Shown here one piece after another: positions 25,246 to 35,795 of a stretch of 64,000 bases of DNA. The notes under the pieces are model-generated. The model saw nothing but the letters and a program-made list of their open reading frames with translations, searched no databases and was not told the DNA's origin. Each line of letters starts with the position of its first letter. Position 1 is the first letter of the stretch. The translations under genes and the position numbers were made by a program. The stretch lies in assembly GCF_048593235.1 (NCBI RefSeq), contig NC_133617.1:77088937-77152936 (forward strand), in the 5' to 3' direction. Source of the stretch: Sminthopsis crassicaudata (taxonomy: Eukaryota).

Positions 25246-25934
25246 ACGGAATATATTTGATAAATGATCCTTGAAAGAACCTACTAGAGGGGCAAAACAG
25301 GAATTGCGTGGAACTGATGTCATGTGCTAGCCCCTGGAGCCTTCCGGTTCAGACTCTGAAGGGTCAGGGGTGGTTTTGCCTGTGGCTGCAGAAGGGGGTG
25401 GTCACTTTGGCCTTTGGTTTGGAAGCTTCATGCCTCTAATAAGCTCTCTTACGTGGGGTAACTGAGGTATCTGCGCAAATTATCTAAAAGGCTTGTCATT
25501 CCTGAGGTATGTCTCATACTTCTATCTGTGCTTTTCAGGAGGGAATCTAGCAGCATGTAGGGGTCTGACCAACATTCCTTTTTCATGGGGATGAAAGGAG
25601 GAAAGAAAGGGAAAGGGAGCCTGACTTGGGACTGCCAAATTAGGGACTGAACCAGGGCAGAACCCTAGGTCTTCCTTAAGGGTATCATTGCCTAGCTTCT
25701 TAAAATTTGGTTGGTGACCTCATATGGAGGTCTCATAACTGAATGTGGGAGTTGTGAAATTAAGATTTATCAGGAAATGCTTTATATATGTTTTATATAT
25801 CTTTCTTCCTCAGGTCACATAAAAACTATTGGGGTTGTGAGTGGATTTAAGTTTTAAGAAGTCCCGATCTGTTTACTTGTGGAGGTCTTCTAATTGGAGA
25901 GGAAATTAGGGAGATCTTTTTTTCCACCTATATA

Positions 25935-26165
25935 ATAGTTGGCATTTATATGGAGCTTTGAGGTTTGAAAAGCACTTTACATGTTAACTCCTTGAATCCT
26001 CCCAATTACTCTGTAAAGTAGATGCTTATCCCCATTTTTACAGATAAGAAAACTCTGGCAGATAGAAGTTGATTCAAACAGGGTCACCCAGCTAAGTGTC
26101 AGGAAGCTTTTCAAAATTCAGGTCTTCCTAATTCCAAGTTCTGTGTTTTATTCTTTGTATCACCT
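25935..26165 (-). mobile_element. MIR SINE
   Basis: aagcactttacat..ccccattttacagataagaaaact..gggtcacccagctaagtgtc. Confidence 0.7.
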
Positions 26166-26863
26166 ATCTCTAAATCCTTTGGTGTTGTGGCCTTAAAAAA
26201 TCTATGAATCAACTCACTTCACCAAAGACATATCAGTCCAACCATAACTTACATAATAACGTGAAGGATTAATTTTTAGATGACAGCCTGGAAGCAAGGT
26301 CCAGTTAGGTTGAAAGAATCCATGGAAGCTTGGGTCGTGGTAATGGTTGTGGAGGAAGGGATCAAGATTTTGTGGAGATAGACATGGTTAGGACCTGGCA
26401 ACTAATTAAACCTGAGGAATTGTGGAACTGGACATCACTGACAAGTTTATTGGTATTTATGCTGCCTTGAGGATGACTGAGGTGTAGCCACATCCCTTAT
26501 TTGGTTAGTTTGTCTTTATTTCTAAAGGTTTTTACATACCTTCTTCTCCCTTTTTAGGGATCTGGCTATCAAATGGAGGATGGAAAAAGCTTTAAGGAAA
26601 GGAAGGGGTTAGATCTAGAATCCTGAATGCAATGAAAAAGGCAGGCAAGATGTGACTGACCCAGGGATCTACACATCTAGACAGTAGTGGGAAAGTTTTA
26701 AGTACTGAGAACAGGACCTTGAGCTAGAGAGATATTTGAGGAAAAAGGCTAGTTAGGCCTGGAACCCCAAAGCCCTGATCTTCCCCCAGGACATCTGCCA
26801 GCCCCAATTTTCTGTCCAGAGTGAGCTGTCCAGGTCATGGTCACAGCCTTTTTCTCCTTGCAG

Positions 26864-27481
26864 GAAGCCTCATCTTCGAGTGTTGGACATGACTGGTTTC
26901 CTGGATGCCAGCTGTGGGCAGGACCCTACGACCATGAGCATGTGGGCTCGCTCAGTGGCGGTGGCAAGGACTTGTCTCAGTGCCCAGACTCAAGCTAGGG
27001 CAGCTCAACGCTTAGCCAAACGCCGCAAACTGGAGCCTCAAGTCCCTGTTGCTAGTCCTGTGGAAGTGCACACTGACCTGCTAGTGAACCGAACTTCTTA
27101 CAGTGTCCTGAAGGAGGCTCTCCTGACCAGCACTTGTGGTCCCCTTCGCCTTCGCTGCAGGGACCTTTGGGCTGAGGAACTGTCAGGTCCTAGCACTGTA
27201 GCTCTCTTGGAGCTGCTGGATCCAGTGTGCCTGCGCCAGATAGACCTACGCTTCAACAACTTGGGACTTTCAGGCCTGTGTATGGTCGTGCCCCACATGG
27301 CCAAGTTCACCCACTTGTTGAGCCTGAAGCTACAATACAGTAATGTGGATGTGCGGCGGCTCACCACTGAAGCTGAGGGCAGCTTCCAACACTTTGTTTC
27401 CGCGATTGGACAGCTGAAATGCCTCAAGGAACTCAACATGGGCTCCTCTCGACTCTCAGGCCGCCTTCATCAGCTCCTTAG
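26864..27481 (+). CDS. LRRC14: LRRC14-like paralogue B, coding exon 2
   Basis: Acceptor tttctccttgcag|g at 26863 and donor AG|gtgagt at 27481; 618 bp. Encodes KPHLRVLDMTGFLD..TMSMW..DLRFNNLGLSGL..LKELNMGSSRLSGRLHQLL. Confidence 0.93.
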
Positions 27482-28031
27482 GTGAGTGGGCCTAGGTTTC
27501 CCCAAACAATAGATTTTTTTTTATCATCTATGGGAGAGGCACATAAGAGGCCCAATGAGTAGAGCTGCAATTTGACATTTACTGTATTGTTTACTCTGCA
27601 TTTTCGGTAAGTACTTGGGGCACTTGTTAGGGTAAAAACAACCCCAAGTAGAAGTTTTAGTGTTTGGGGAAGAGGAAAATGATTAACACTGTAGGAAAAG
27701 GGAAATAAAATCCCCAGGGTATACAGCTTGGGAGGGAGAATTGGGTAAGGACAAAGTGGCCTAGGCTTGGGAAGGGGGGGGAGGTGTCAGCACAACAGGA
27801 GGGGTTAAAATCCTTATGAGGAATGCTAGAATGGCATATACATGCCTTTTCCCCCTAAAGCTGTATTTTTCTAGGACCAGTGAGCTGACAAAGTAGAGGG
27901 TCTTAGAAACTCTAATGGCTGGAGTCAGAGTGTAAAAGAATTTTAGCTTGGTGCAGCCACGAGGGCCTGTATATCTATCTTGGTTTGTTGAACTATTAAA
28001 ATGACCAGTGCCTATATATATTTCTCTGCAG

Positions 28032-28599
28032 CGGCCTACAGGGCCCTCTGGAAAGCCTGGAACTTCCCTTTTGTGCCCTTCTTTCTGGGGACTTGAGTTA
28101 CTTGGCCCAGAGCCCCCATGCCACCCATCTCAAGAAGCTGGATCTCAGTGGCAACAAACTGTCTGGTGACCTCCTGGGCCCCTTTCAGAAACTTCTAAGG
28201 GAAGCCTCAGCTTCCCTGATATGTCTGGATGTTACAGAGTGCCAGCTCATGGATGTCCATCTTGTTACTATCTTGCCCACCCTATGCTCCTGTACCCACC
28301 TCCGCTACATTGGTCTCTATGGTAACCCTATTGCTAGTGCTGGACTGAAAACCTTGATCCAACACTTACAGGCCTTGCCTGAGCTTCAGCTGGTGGTACA
28401 CCCAGTCCCTGTGGATTGCTATAAGGACCTGCCCTGGCCACCATCTTCAGCCAGTCTCCTAGAGGGTACTGTGGATGAAGAGAAACTTGCCAATGTGCAG
28501 GCTGAGCTGCAGCAGTTGATAGAGTCCATACAGCGCCGTGATGTGATGTGGACCATGGACATCTATGGCCACAACAGTTTTGACTACTTCAGCCTGTAG
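28032..28599 (+). CDS. LRRC14: LRRC14-like paralogue B, coding exon 3
   Basis: Acceptor tttctctgcag|c at 28031. Encodes GLQGPLESLELPFC..HLKKLDLSGN..PVDCYKDLPWPP..DIYG..DYFSL, with TAG at 28597-28599. Confidence 0.93.
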
Positions 28600-28614
28600 A
28601 AGAATGTTTGTATC

Positions 28615-28618
<4 letters not shown>

Positions 28619-28666
<48 letters not shown>
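28619..28666. repeat. Compound (TG)n(TA)n microsatellite in the 3' UTR of paralogue B
   Basis: Direct reading; starts 20 nt after the stop codon. Confidence 0.97.
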
Positions 28667-28955
28667 GGGAATGGGAGAGGAGTGCAGGGAAAGAGAGGCA
28701 GTATATGTCTACTTTGCTACTGATGCAAAAGACCATCCCAAGGTGGCAAGTGAGTGCCTCTTGCTCTGAGTTTTGGCAGAACCAGAATGGGCTACCTACT
28801 CCGTATGTGCTCCTAGATGGGATTGTGTGTTGAGGGTTATAGATTTTTCTATGCCCCTGTCCATGATGGACATGACATTGTGGTTTTTCTAGGCCCTGAA
28901 ATTCAACTTTAGAGGGGAGGAAGGCCACCCTTTTCCTGGGGGTGGGGATGGGGTA

Positions 28956-28961
28956 TTTATT
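28956..28961 (-). terminator. Poly(A) signal AATAAA, probably of the F-box gene
   Basis: tttatt on + about 340 nt downstream of the F-box stop; the first canonical hexamer I found. Confidence 0.55.
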
Positions 28962-29075
28962 TGTAATTCTAGGACCCACGAGTCATTCATTGTACAAAAC
29001 CTGAACTTTTTGGTCCACGACCCCTTCAGTCCACCCCACCACCTGTCACAGACGATCACAGACCACAACATGAAG

Positions 29076-29081
29076 AATAAA
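29076..29081 (+). terminator. Poly(A) signal AATAAA, probably of LRRC14 paralogue B
   Basis: First AATAAA I found on + after the TAG at 28599. Confidence 0.55.
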
Positions 29082-29296
29082 GGCAATACCAATGTAAAGG
29101 TGTCCTCCATTACAAACAGTCCCCAAGAACCCAACCAACCTCCCCTGTTCGGCATTTCCTCCCCGACCCCACTTCCCACTCCAACTTGGCGCTTTTTTTG
29201 AGGGATGGGGGTAACAACTGATTTCCCTACTGTTTGGTGGGCCCATATACCCTGAGAGCTAAGAACATAGGGGAAGGGGGGACCTCCCAGACTCCC

Positions 29297-30433
29297 TCAT
29301 AGGAGCCAGGTATCTGAGTGGCGGGTACAATAGCAGGCCTGGAGTAATAAGGCATGTAGTTCCTTATAGGCCTGCTCCCGCCAGTGAGGCAGCAGGATCT
29401 GGTTATTGAGGACTCTCAGATTGGGAGTCCCCCGGCACAGAAGTGTGTAGAGGCAAGCCCAGCGGCTCTGCAGGGCCAGGCGAGTGCGGCAGTTGAGGAT
29501 AATGCCCCGGACTGTCTTCTTCACACGAAGGGCTTTAAGTGCTGGCAGGTCAAGGTGGCGGAAGACTAGGCCCCGGCTCTGAGACACATCTAGAGTTTCC
29601 AGGGATCGGGACTCGAGTGCATAGGATACACCCAGGTCCTTGACTGGCACAAGTACGTGCAGGACCAGGGTCTTGAGGTTGGGCAGGGCCTTGGTCAGTT
29701 CCTGCATGGTGTCTGGGCACACCCCCTTAAAGCTCCAGAAGTATTTGAGCTCCAAGGTGTGGAGCTGCTGGAAGCGCGTCAGCAGCGCCACTGATCGGGC
29801 GGACCAGTCGAAAGGGAGCTTGGCCCTGCTAAGGCGAGGTGCCCGGACCAGCAGCCTCTCCAGCAGCATCTGGAAGTTGTGGATCTGATCCAGCTTGGTG
29901 AGGCTCACCTGGGTCATGCTGCACGTGCCCGGTGGGTAGAAGTCGGGGGGCTCCAGGTGCGTCAGGGTCCAGTTGAGCTCCAGGTCCCGCAGATCTCCAC
30001 AGTGGACACCCTCCAGGAAGCCAGAGAGGAAGTCGGCCCAGCGGGCCCCCTGGTCAGCCAGATCAAAGCTGGCCCGGAGTCGCAGCAGGCTGGCTCCGCG
30101 GGCCATGAGGTGGTAGGCATACTGGTGCACCCAGTCCTTCCAGCGCTCAAACTCTCGTGCCGACACCAGCACCACCTCGAGGCCGGATTGGAAGGCGCCC
30201 AGCCGCATGAAGTCGGCAGTGCGCCACAGGCGGGGTGTGCGCATCAGCTGGCTCCAAGCGCGGCACACCTCGGCCGCCGTGCACTTCTCCGCCTCCGTCA
30301 GGAAGGAGAAGATGTGCAGCTGGCAGTCCACCGGCAGAAGGCCGAACGGGAAGACGCTACGCCTGCTGGCCCGGCCTTCCTCCCGGCCAGGGACTCCCCG
30401 AACGCCGCCTCGCCGCCGCCGTTTCCGGGGCAT
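29297..30433 (-). CDS. Unnamed F-box protein with LRR-like C-terminal region (FBXL-type SCF substrate receptor), single coding exon, 378 aa
   Basis: Uninterrupted ORF. The first ATG after the splice acceptor at 30470 is at 30433 (MPRKRRRR, NLS-like). F-box motif LLPVDCQLHIFSFLTEAEKCTAAEVCRAWSQL..LW, followed by LxxLxL repeats (LRDLEL, LHTLELKY, LKTLVL, LETLDVS, LKALRV). Ends CYCTRHSDTWLL. AATAAA on - at 28956-28961. Confidence 0.88.
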   Translation of the reverse strand: MPRKRRRRGGVRGVPGREEGRASRRSVFPFGLLPVDCQLHIFSFLTEAEKCTAAEVCRAWSQLMRTPRLWRTADFMRLGAFQSGLEVVLVSAREFERWKDWVHQYAYHLMARGASLLRLRASFDLADQGARWADFLSGFLEGVHCGDLRDLELNWTLTHLEPPDFYPPGTCSMTQVSLTKLDQIHNFQMLLERLLVRAPRLSRAKLPFDWSARSVALLTRFQQLHTLELKYFWSFKGVCPDTMQELTKALPNLKTLVLHVLVPVKDLGVSYALESRSLETLDVSQSRGLVFRHLDLPALKALRVKKTVRGIILNCRTRLALQSRWACLYTLLCRGTPNLRVLNNQILLPHWREQAYKELHALLLQACYCTRHSDTWLL

Positions 30434-31160
30434 CGCTCCAGCCGAAGCTTCCCGCGGCTCGGCGGGGTCCTGAGATGGGGCATGGTGGGAGTGAGGGAGC
30501 GCCGGGAGCCTAGCCCAACGGCCCGCGGCCGGCTGAGGCCCAGCCCCAAGATCCGCCCCTGAGCCCCGCCCCCTGGTCTCTTCCCCTTGACCCCGCCCCG
30601 ACCCCGCCCCTCCCCCTCCCGAGGCCTGGGCCCGTCGCTCCACCTCCAGCACAGCCTACCTCTGAGGGAGTGGATCCCACCCCTCAGCCTAAGGCCCGCC
30701 TCACCATGGGAACACCGCGGCCGGCCCCTCCCTCCGGCCGGCCGGCCCTCCATCCCAGCTACCCCTTACCTGGTAGTTCCGGGCACGGGCGATGCCTTTT
30801 TTCTGTCGCGGCGCCAGCCTAGCGCGTCTCAGAAACCGCCAGAAGAGGGAGGAAGGAGCCAGGTTGGCTCTCTTCAGGAGTCACCAGTCGGCGCGCGCAC
30901 TCTGTCGGCTCTCACTTCGGAGCAGACGAGTTCGCAGCCTAGAGTGCCACCTTCCCGCCCTCTTCTGACGGAAGTGACGTAAAGCCGGAGACTAGGGAGT
31001 CTCTAAGACTGAGAAGGGTAGTGTGAAAATCTCCCTGGCGGGGTTGGGGGGGGGGGGGAAAGAACTCGGCCAAGAGGTGATGCGATTCCCACCCATTTGG
31101 GCGTCCTCGGCGCGCCCTTCGTTAACTCCGGCTCATAGCCGAGGCCACTAGGGGGCGCTG
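30100..31160 (-). promoter_or_regulatory. CpG-island promoter of the F-box gene with ETS-CRE composite motif
   Basis: CpG-dense. CGGAAGTGACGT at 30969-30980 and an E2F-like TTCCCGCC near 30952. Confidence 0.7.
30770..30950 (-). other. Non-coding 5' exon of the F-box gene (300-bp intron 30470..30769)
   Basis: On the minus strand: donor CCAG|gtaagg at 30770/30769 and acceptor catctcag|GACC at 30470/30469. No ATG seen in the exon. The upstream boundary (TSS) is approximate. Confidence 0.65.
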
Positions 31161-31345
31161 TGAATAGAGCACGGGACTTGCAGTCAGGAAGACCTGAGTT
31201 CTAATTCAGCTTCACATCTGGACTCACATGATCTTAGGCTGATCATTTCTCTTCTGCTTTAGTTCCTTTATCTATAAAATGGGAATAATCCTGCCTCACA
31301 GGATTCTGAGGATAAAATATTTGTAAAGTCCTTAGCAAAGTAGGT
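31155..31345 (+). mobile_element. MIR SINE
   Basis: gacttgcagtcaggaagacctgagttctaattc..ctataaaatgggaataat..ttgtaaagt. Confidence 0.7.
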
Positions 31346-31840
31346 GCTAGGTAACTTTTTCCCTTCTCCCCATCCCCTCACTCCTTTAGAGATGGCGGAG
31401 ACTTTAGAGCTCCTTCTGTGGAATTTGGGGGCTGCTTCCCCTCGGAGGGACCGCACCTACCCTTGCCTAGAACCCTGCTGGAAACCTCTAGTACTTCCCT
31501 ATTGTGCATGACTGAAGCTGGGGGGGGGGGGGGAAGGGGTAGATAGGAAGTTTATCATAAACCGCAGTCAGCTGTTGCTGCCACTCCGCGGCTCCGCTCC
31601 CCAACTACACCCAGTCACCCGGCACCTAGCGGGTCCAGGGGCAACAGCCCTTCTCACGTGCCTGCCCAGCCCAGGGTTCCCACGATCTCTAAAGGCCCCT
31701 TCTTGTTTGTGCCCACTCGGACTTCCCGTCAGGCCTCTGCGTGCCCCCTTTTCTGCACGCCCCATCCCTTCTTGGGCATGCTCTCCCCATCTGGTCTTTG
31801 CACGTTCCCCTCCCCCTCCCCCCCGGTCCGGCCCAGGTCC

Positions 31841-32799
31841 TCAGCAGTGGATTTCATAGGCAATCTGTGACTGGAACAAGAGACCCTGGTCTTGGAGGGG
31901 CTCGGAGCTGGGGACCAGGCCTGGGCGCCCGGTGGGCGGTCCTTCCCCGCTCTCCTCATAGGTCGGGAAGAGAGGCTTGTTTCGGTTGATGACGAACATC
32001 TCGTGGCCCCGCTCGTCCCGGTACTCTTCCAGCTGGGCAAAGGTGGTGGGCCCGTCCGAGTAATCATTGACGTAGAGGACGCTCTCCTCCTGTTTGGCTT
32101 TTTTCCTCTTTCGGTGCTTCCTGCAGATCATGACGGTCAGCAGCAGGGCCGTGAGGGCCAGCAGGGAGATGCCGGCGGCTATGGCCGTCTGCGTGGCGGC
32201 GCCCAACGCGCGGAAGTCCATGCTGCCCGCCTCGTAGAGGGGCTCCCGGCTGACGGCTCCCGAGGCGGGGGGCGGGGGCCGCGGCGGTTGCTGCTGGGAC
32301 AGGTTCACCAGCAGTTGGAAGGGCACCCGAGTGCTGCCCCCCGGGTTGCTGGCTTCGCACTCATATTTTCCAGCGTGGGCCATGGTGATGTTGGTGAGGG
32401 AGAGCATCCCACTGCCCGTGTCTGAGGCCAGGTGCTCCCCTAAGCTTCCCTCGCTCCCCCCCAGGGGCCCGCCCACCGAGCGCACGCTGGCTCTAGGCAG
32501 CCCCAGCCGGGACTGGGCCACCTTCCTCCAAGTGACCAGAGGCTGGGGGTAGCCGGAGGCCTGGCAGGAGACCCGCAGGTCATCCCCGAGCCGGGCAGTA
32601 GCCTCCACTGGCTCCACGTGCACTGTAGGGGGGATGCAGATGAGGCTGTTGCCCGAGATGTCCAGGAGGCTCTGATGGGCCAGACGTGGGGGCTCGGAAC
32701 ACACAATCTTCTTGTCCAGAGAGCTCAGGAGCCTCTGCCCTCCTTCCTTGATCCAGGCCCCAAGCCAGTGCAGAGCGCAGTCACAGCGCCAGGGGTTCT
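31841..32799 (-). CDS. LRRC24: LRRC24 coding exon 4 (LRRCT, Ig-like domain, TM helix, cytoplasmic tail)
   Basis: ENPWRCDC..CQASGYPQPLVTW..AGKYECEASN..TAIAAGISLLALTALLLTVMIC..ERGHEMFVINR..AYEIHC; TGA at 31841-31843. Confidence 0.96.
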
Positions 32800-33875
32800 C
32801 TGAGGGGAAAGGTCAGAGGAGTTGACTCCCCCACCCCCCCAAATCCCCATTCATACATGGAGTCCTGCTGCCCTCCCTCCCTTCCCCCCCACTCCGGTCT
32901 TTCCTGACCCACCCACTCTCCTCTAAGACCAGCGAAAACATCTCACCATTGATAAAAACCAAGCCAGGCAAGAGCTGGTGCCCTGACCATCTTCACTCTT
33001 ATCCCAGCATCCCCCCCGCTCACAACCTTCTCTGAGACTGTTCCCCTACTCTGTCCCACTGAACCAGGACCCCCAGTGCCCAGCAGCCTGGCATGGTGCC
33101 TCGGGCTGCGCCAGAAAGGCCAGACAGTGACCCTGTCTGAGAACTGGGCACATTCTCACACAATATGGGGCCTTGGGGTGGCAGGGCTGGGCTGCTCCAC
33201 TTGGACTTTCCCATTGTCTCATCTTAGCATGGGAGAATCCAGTTTGTAAAAGGATGGAGAGTCTTCCTGACTTTGTTCTTTGAGGGGTAGACCGCATCCC
33301 CAACACCCTTATTATCCTTTTAGACTTCAGGGATCCCTTGGGGTCATAGCTGCGACTCAAATCCAATTAAGTGTCTCCCTGTCCATTTGGGGGCCCAGCT
33401 CTGCCATGCCCAACAGAAAACAGTGTGGGGTACAATGTAGCTGGTCTGAGGAGCTAGGCTTGGCTACCTGTTTAACTTTGTTTTGGCAAGTCACATAGTT
33501 GGTGTTTTTTGTGGGCGCTAAAAATGGAGATATGTCTTAGCTTCTCCCTCTGTAAAAAGAGGGGCCTGGACTAAGCTCCTAGCCAGGGCTCCTTTTAGCT
33601 CTAAATCTCATATTCTCTAACCTGTGGGGCTTCCTTTCCCAAAGTTGTTGGAAGGGACTGTCCTCATTTTCCCCTTCATATTCAAAGTGTCACACAAGAG
33701 GACGTTATTATCGTTAGTGAGTTCAGTCTTGGCTCCTTCATGTCTGTATGTGTGCCCATTTTGTGGTTTGTGAACTTTGTGCTAGGAATGGTGGGTGTGC
33801 AGGAGTGTGGGACAGGGAGAATGGCTGGGCCCTGCCCACTCCCCTGCAGCACGGCCCCCTGCCCTTATACAGTAC

Positions 33876-34044
33876 CTGTGAGGCGTAGGACTTGCAGACT
33901 GGCCAGGGGGACCAGGGCATCTCGACTGATGGTACTCAGCTGGTTCTTGCTAAGGTCAAGCAGAGCCAGGGAGGAGAGGCCAGCCAGGGCCTGGTCTTCC
34001 AGCAGTTCAATACTGTTTTCCTGCAGATGCAGCTCCTGCAGCCT
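33876..34044 (-). CDS. LRRC24: LRRC24 coding exon 3 (LRRs)
   Basis: RLQELHLQENSIELLEDQALAGLSSLALLDLSKNQL..LQVLRLT; tttcag| and G|gtact boundaries; 169 bp (phase 1). Confidence 0.95.
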
Positions 34045-35173
34045 CTGAAATGGAGGGGAAAGACCATGGAAGGAAGGAAGCTCAACAAGGAAAGCAGCTG
34101 GGATAGTCTTCAGCAGCTCTACAGTTCTTCCTCCCCTTCTAGAAAATTCTTGGGGACTCCTGATAGGCAGTGGTGCTGGGGCCTTTTCACTGCTCAGGAC
34201 TAAGTGTGGCATGGTCAACAGGCTACAAACCTTCTGAGGACTTGGACAGCGTGATTTGGAGTCAGAGGATTGTGCTTTTAACCCTGGCATTGCTTTAGTG
34301 GTCAATGTGACTGTAAGGAAGTTACTTAACCAGTCTAGATTTCAGGTGCCTAATCTTTAAAGGGAGGAGGTTACCCTGGATGGCCTCAGAGTTGCCACCA
34401 TGAACACCAGTGCTCTTCTCTCGGCACATTCTGGTTTTCTGGGGCTCCTTTTGCCAATCAAGTAAAATTTAAGCTGCTTCTTAGTGTTTTCCCCTTAAGA
34501 AAAGGCACTTTACCTCAGCCTCCATTTCCTTATCTGGATTATCTGAATAGGATTAGTATTTTTATTGCTTTCCCAGGGTTATCATGAGAATCAAATGAAA
34601 CTACACAGAAGCCATCCCAGCACTAGCAAACAGACAAACATTTGTCCATTTATATGTTGTATCCCTTCTAAAAGCATAGGAGTTTTTGTGTTTTATATAC
34701 CCATTGGCCACCAGTACCATGCCCAGTGTGACCCTTCTCTGTATGCTTTCCTCATGTCCCCAGTCAATTCTGCCCTTGGGCCTGACCCTGTACTTTGTTT
34801 TCTGCCTCTGGCTCACTTTTCATGTCCTAATTTAAATTATGTTTATCTCAGGTTTCTTTCCTTATGGACATGGTGGCTTTTTTGGACTTTGGATCTCCTC
34901 TGGGAATTAGCAGGTGATTAATAGATGTAAACAAATAAATTGAGTTGAATTCCTCTGGCTCTGGTTGGAGCAGTGACTCATTAGATTCCCAGAACACTTA
35001 CCCTCATGGCCACCTACTTCCAAGTTGGTTGAGTGCCTGCTAAGGCTGTCCTGCCTCATTGCTGCCCTCCAGCCAGGCAGGGATGGGCAGGCCTTAGGCC
35101 TCTCCCTAATGGAGTTGAGGAGGAGGGATGCTTTTCAGAGCTGGGCCTGGCTGGGGAACCATGTGATGCTCAC

Positions 35174-35452
35174 CGGCAAATAGCAAAAGGTGAAGTCAAG
35201 GAGCCGTGTGATCTGATTCCCTGCCAGGTAGAGCACCCGAAGGTGGTCCAGGCCCTTGAAGATGCTGCTGTTGAGCAGGTGAATGCGGTTCCGGTTGAGG
35301 GCTAACTCCAGAAGTTGCTGCTGGCCAAGGAAGGCGCCCGGCTCTAAGGCCCACAGGCTGTTGTTCTGCATGTAGAGGTACTGCAGGCCTGAGAGTGGGG
35401 CCAGGTCTGCCTGGTGGATCTGAGTAATGCTGTTATCCTGCAGGAACACTGT
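35174..35452 (-). CDS. LRRC24: LRRC24 coding exon 2 (LRRs)
   Basis: TVFLQDNSI..LRVLYLAGNQITRLLDFTFCYLP; cccag| and |gtgagc boundaries; 279 bp. Confidence 0.95.
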
Positions 35453-35795
35453 CTGGGAAGGACACACACACATCAGAGTCAAGCTTGGGATCCCTGCTCA
35501 GGCTGGGAATAGGAGAAGCGAGGGACGCCCAGTGAGGGAAGACAGAATCAGTCACCTCCTCCAGAGGTTCCAGGCCTCCTCAGTAAAAAGAGGATAATTT
35601 TTGCATTCTATAACTCAAAGGACTATTGTGAAGAAAGTACTTTGTAAACATTACAAGTCCCATGAGAAAGGAAATTATTGTCATATACGGTTACTGCCTT
35701 CATATTCCTAGGCTGGGCTCTACTTATTCCCCAGAGATCTATGGACCGGGTCCAGCCTTCCCTGGTGAGGAAAGCCTCGAGGTCCACTCCTGTAC

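Noticed and set aside
7293-28599. Calling either paralogue LRRC14B or PRAME
   Set aside because: Both end in DYFSL and share LRRC14-specific motifs and synteny; LRRC14B has a different, longer C-terminus.
29297-30433. Naming the F-box gene FBXL6 (also on human 8q24.3) or another known FBXL
   Set aside because: The sequence does not resemble FBXL6 as I recall it beyond the generic F-box, so no symbol is assigned.
29879-30562. 227-aa plus-strand ORF
   Set aside because: Antisense shadow of the GC-rich F-box CDS; no domain features.
30434-30652. 73-aa N-terminal extension of the F-box ORF in the ORF track (GTG start)
   Set aside because: Low-complexity Gly/Arg/Ala sequence lying mostly inside a GT-AG intron (30470-30769); the ATG at 30433 is the better start.
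31892-32425. 177-aa plus-strand ORF and other overlapping ORFs at 30-33 kb
   Set aside because: Antisense or alternative-frame shadows of LRRC24 exon 4 in stop-poor GC-rich DNA.
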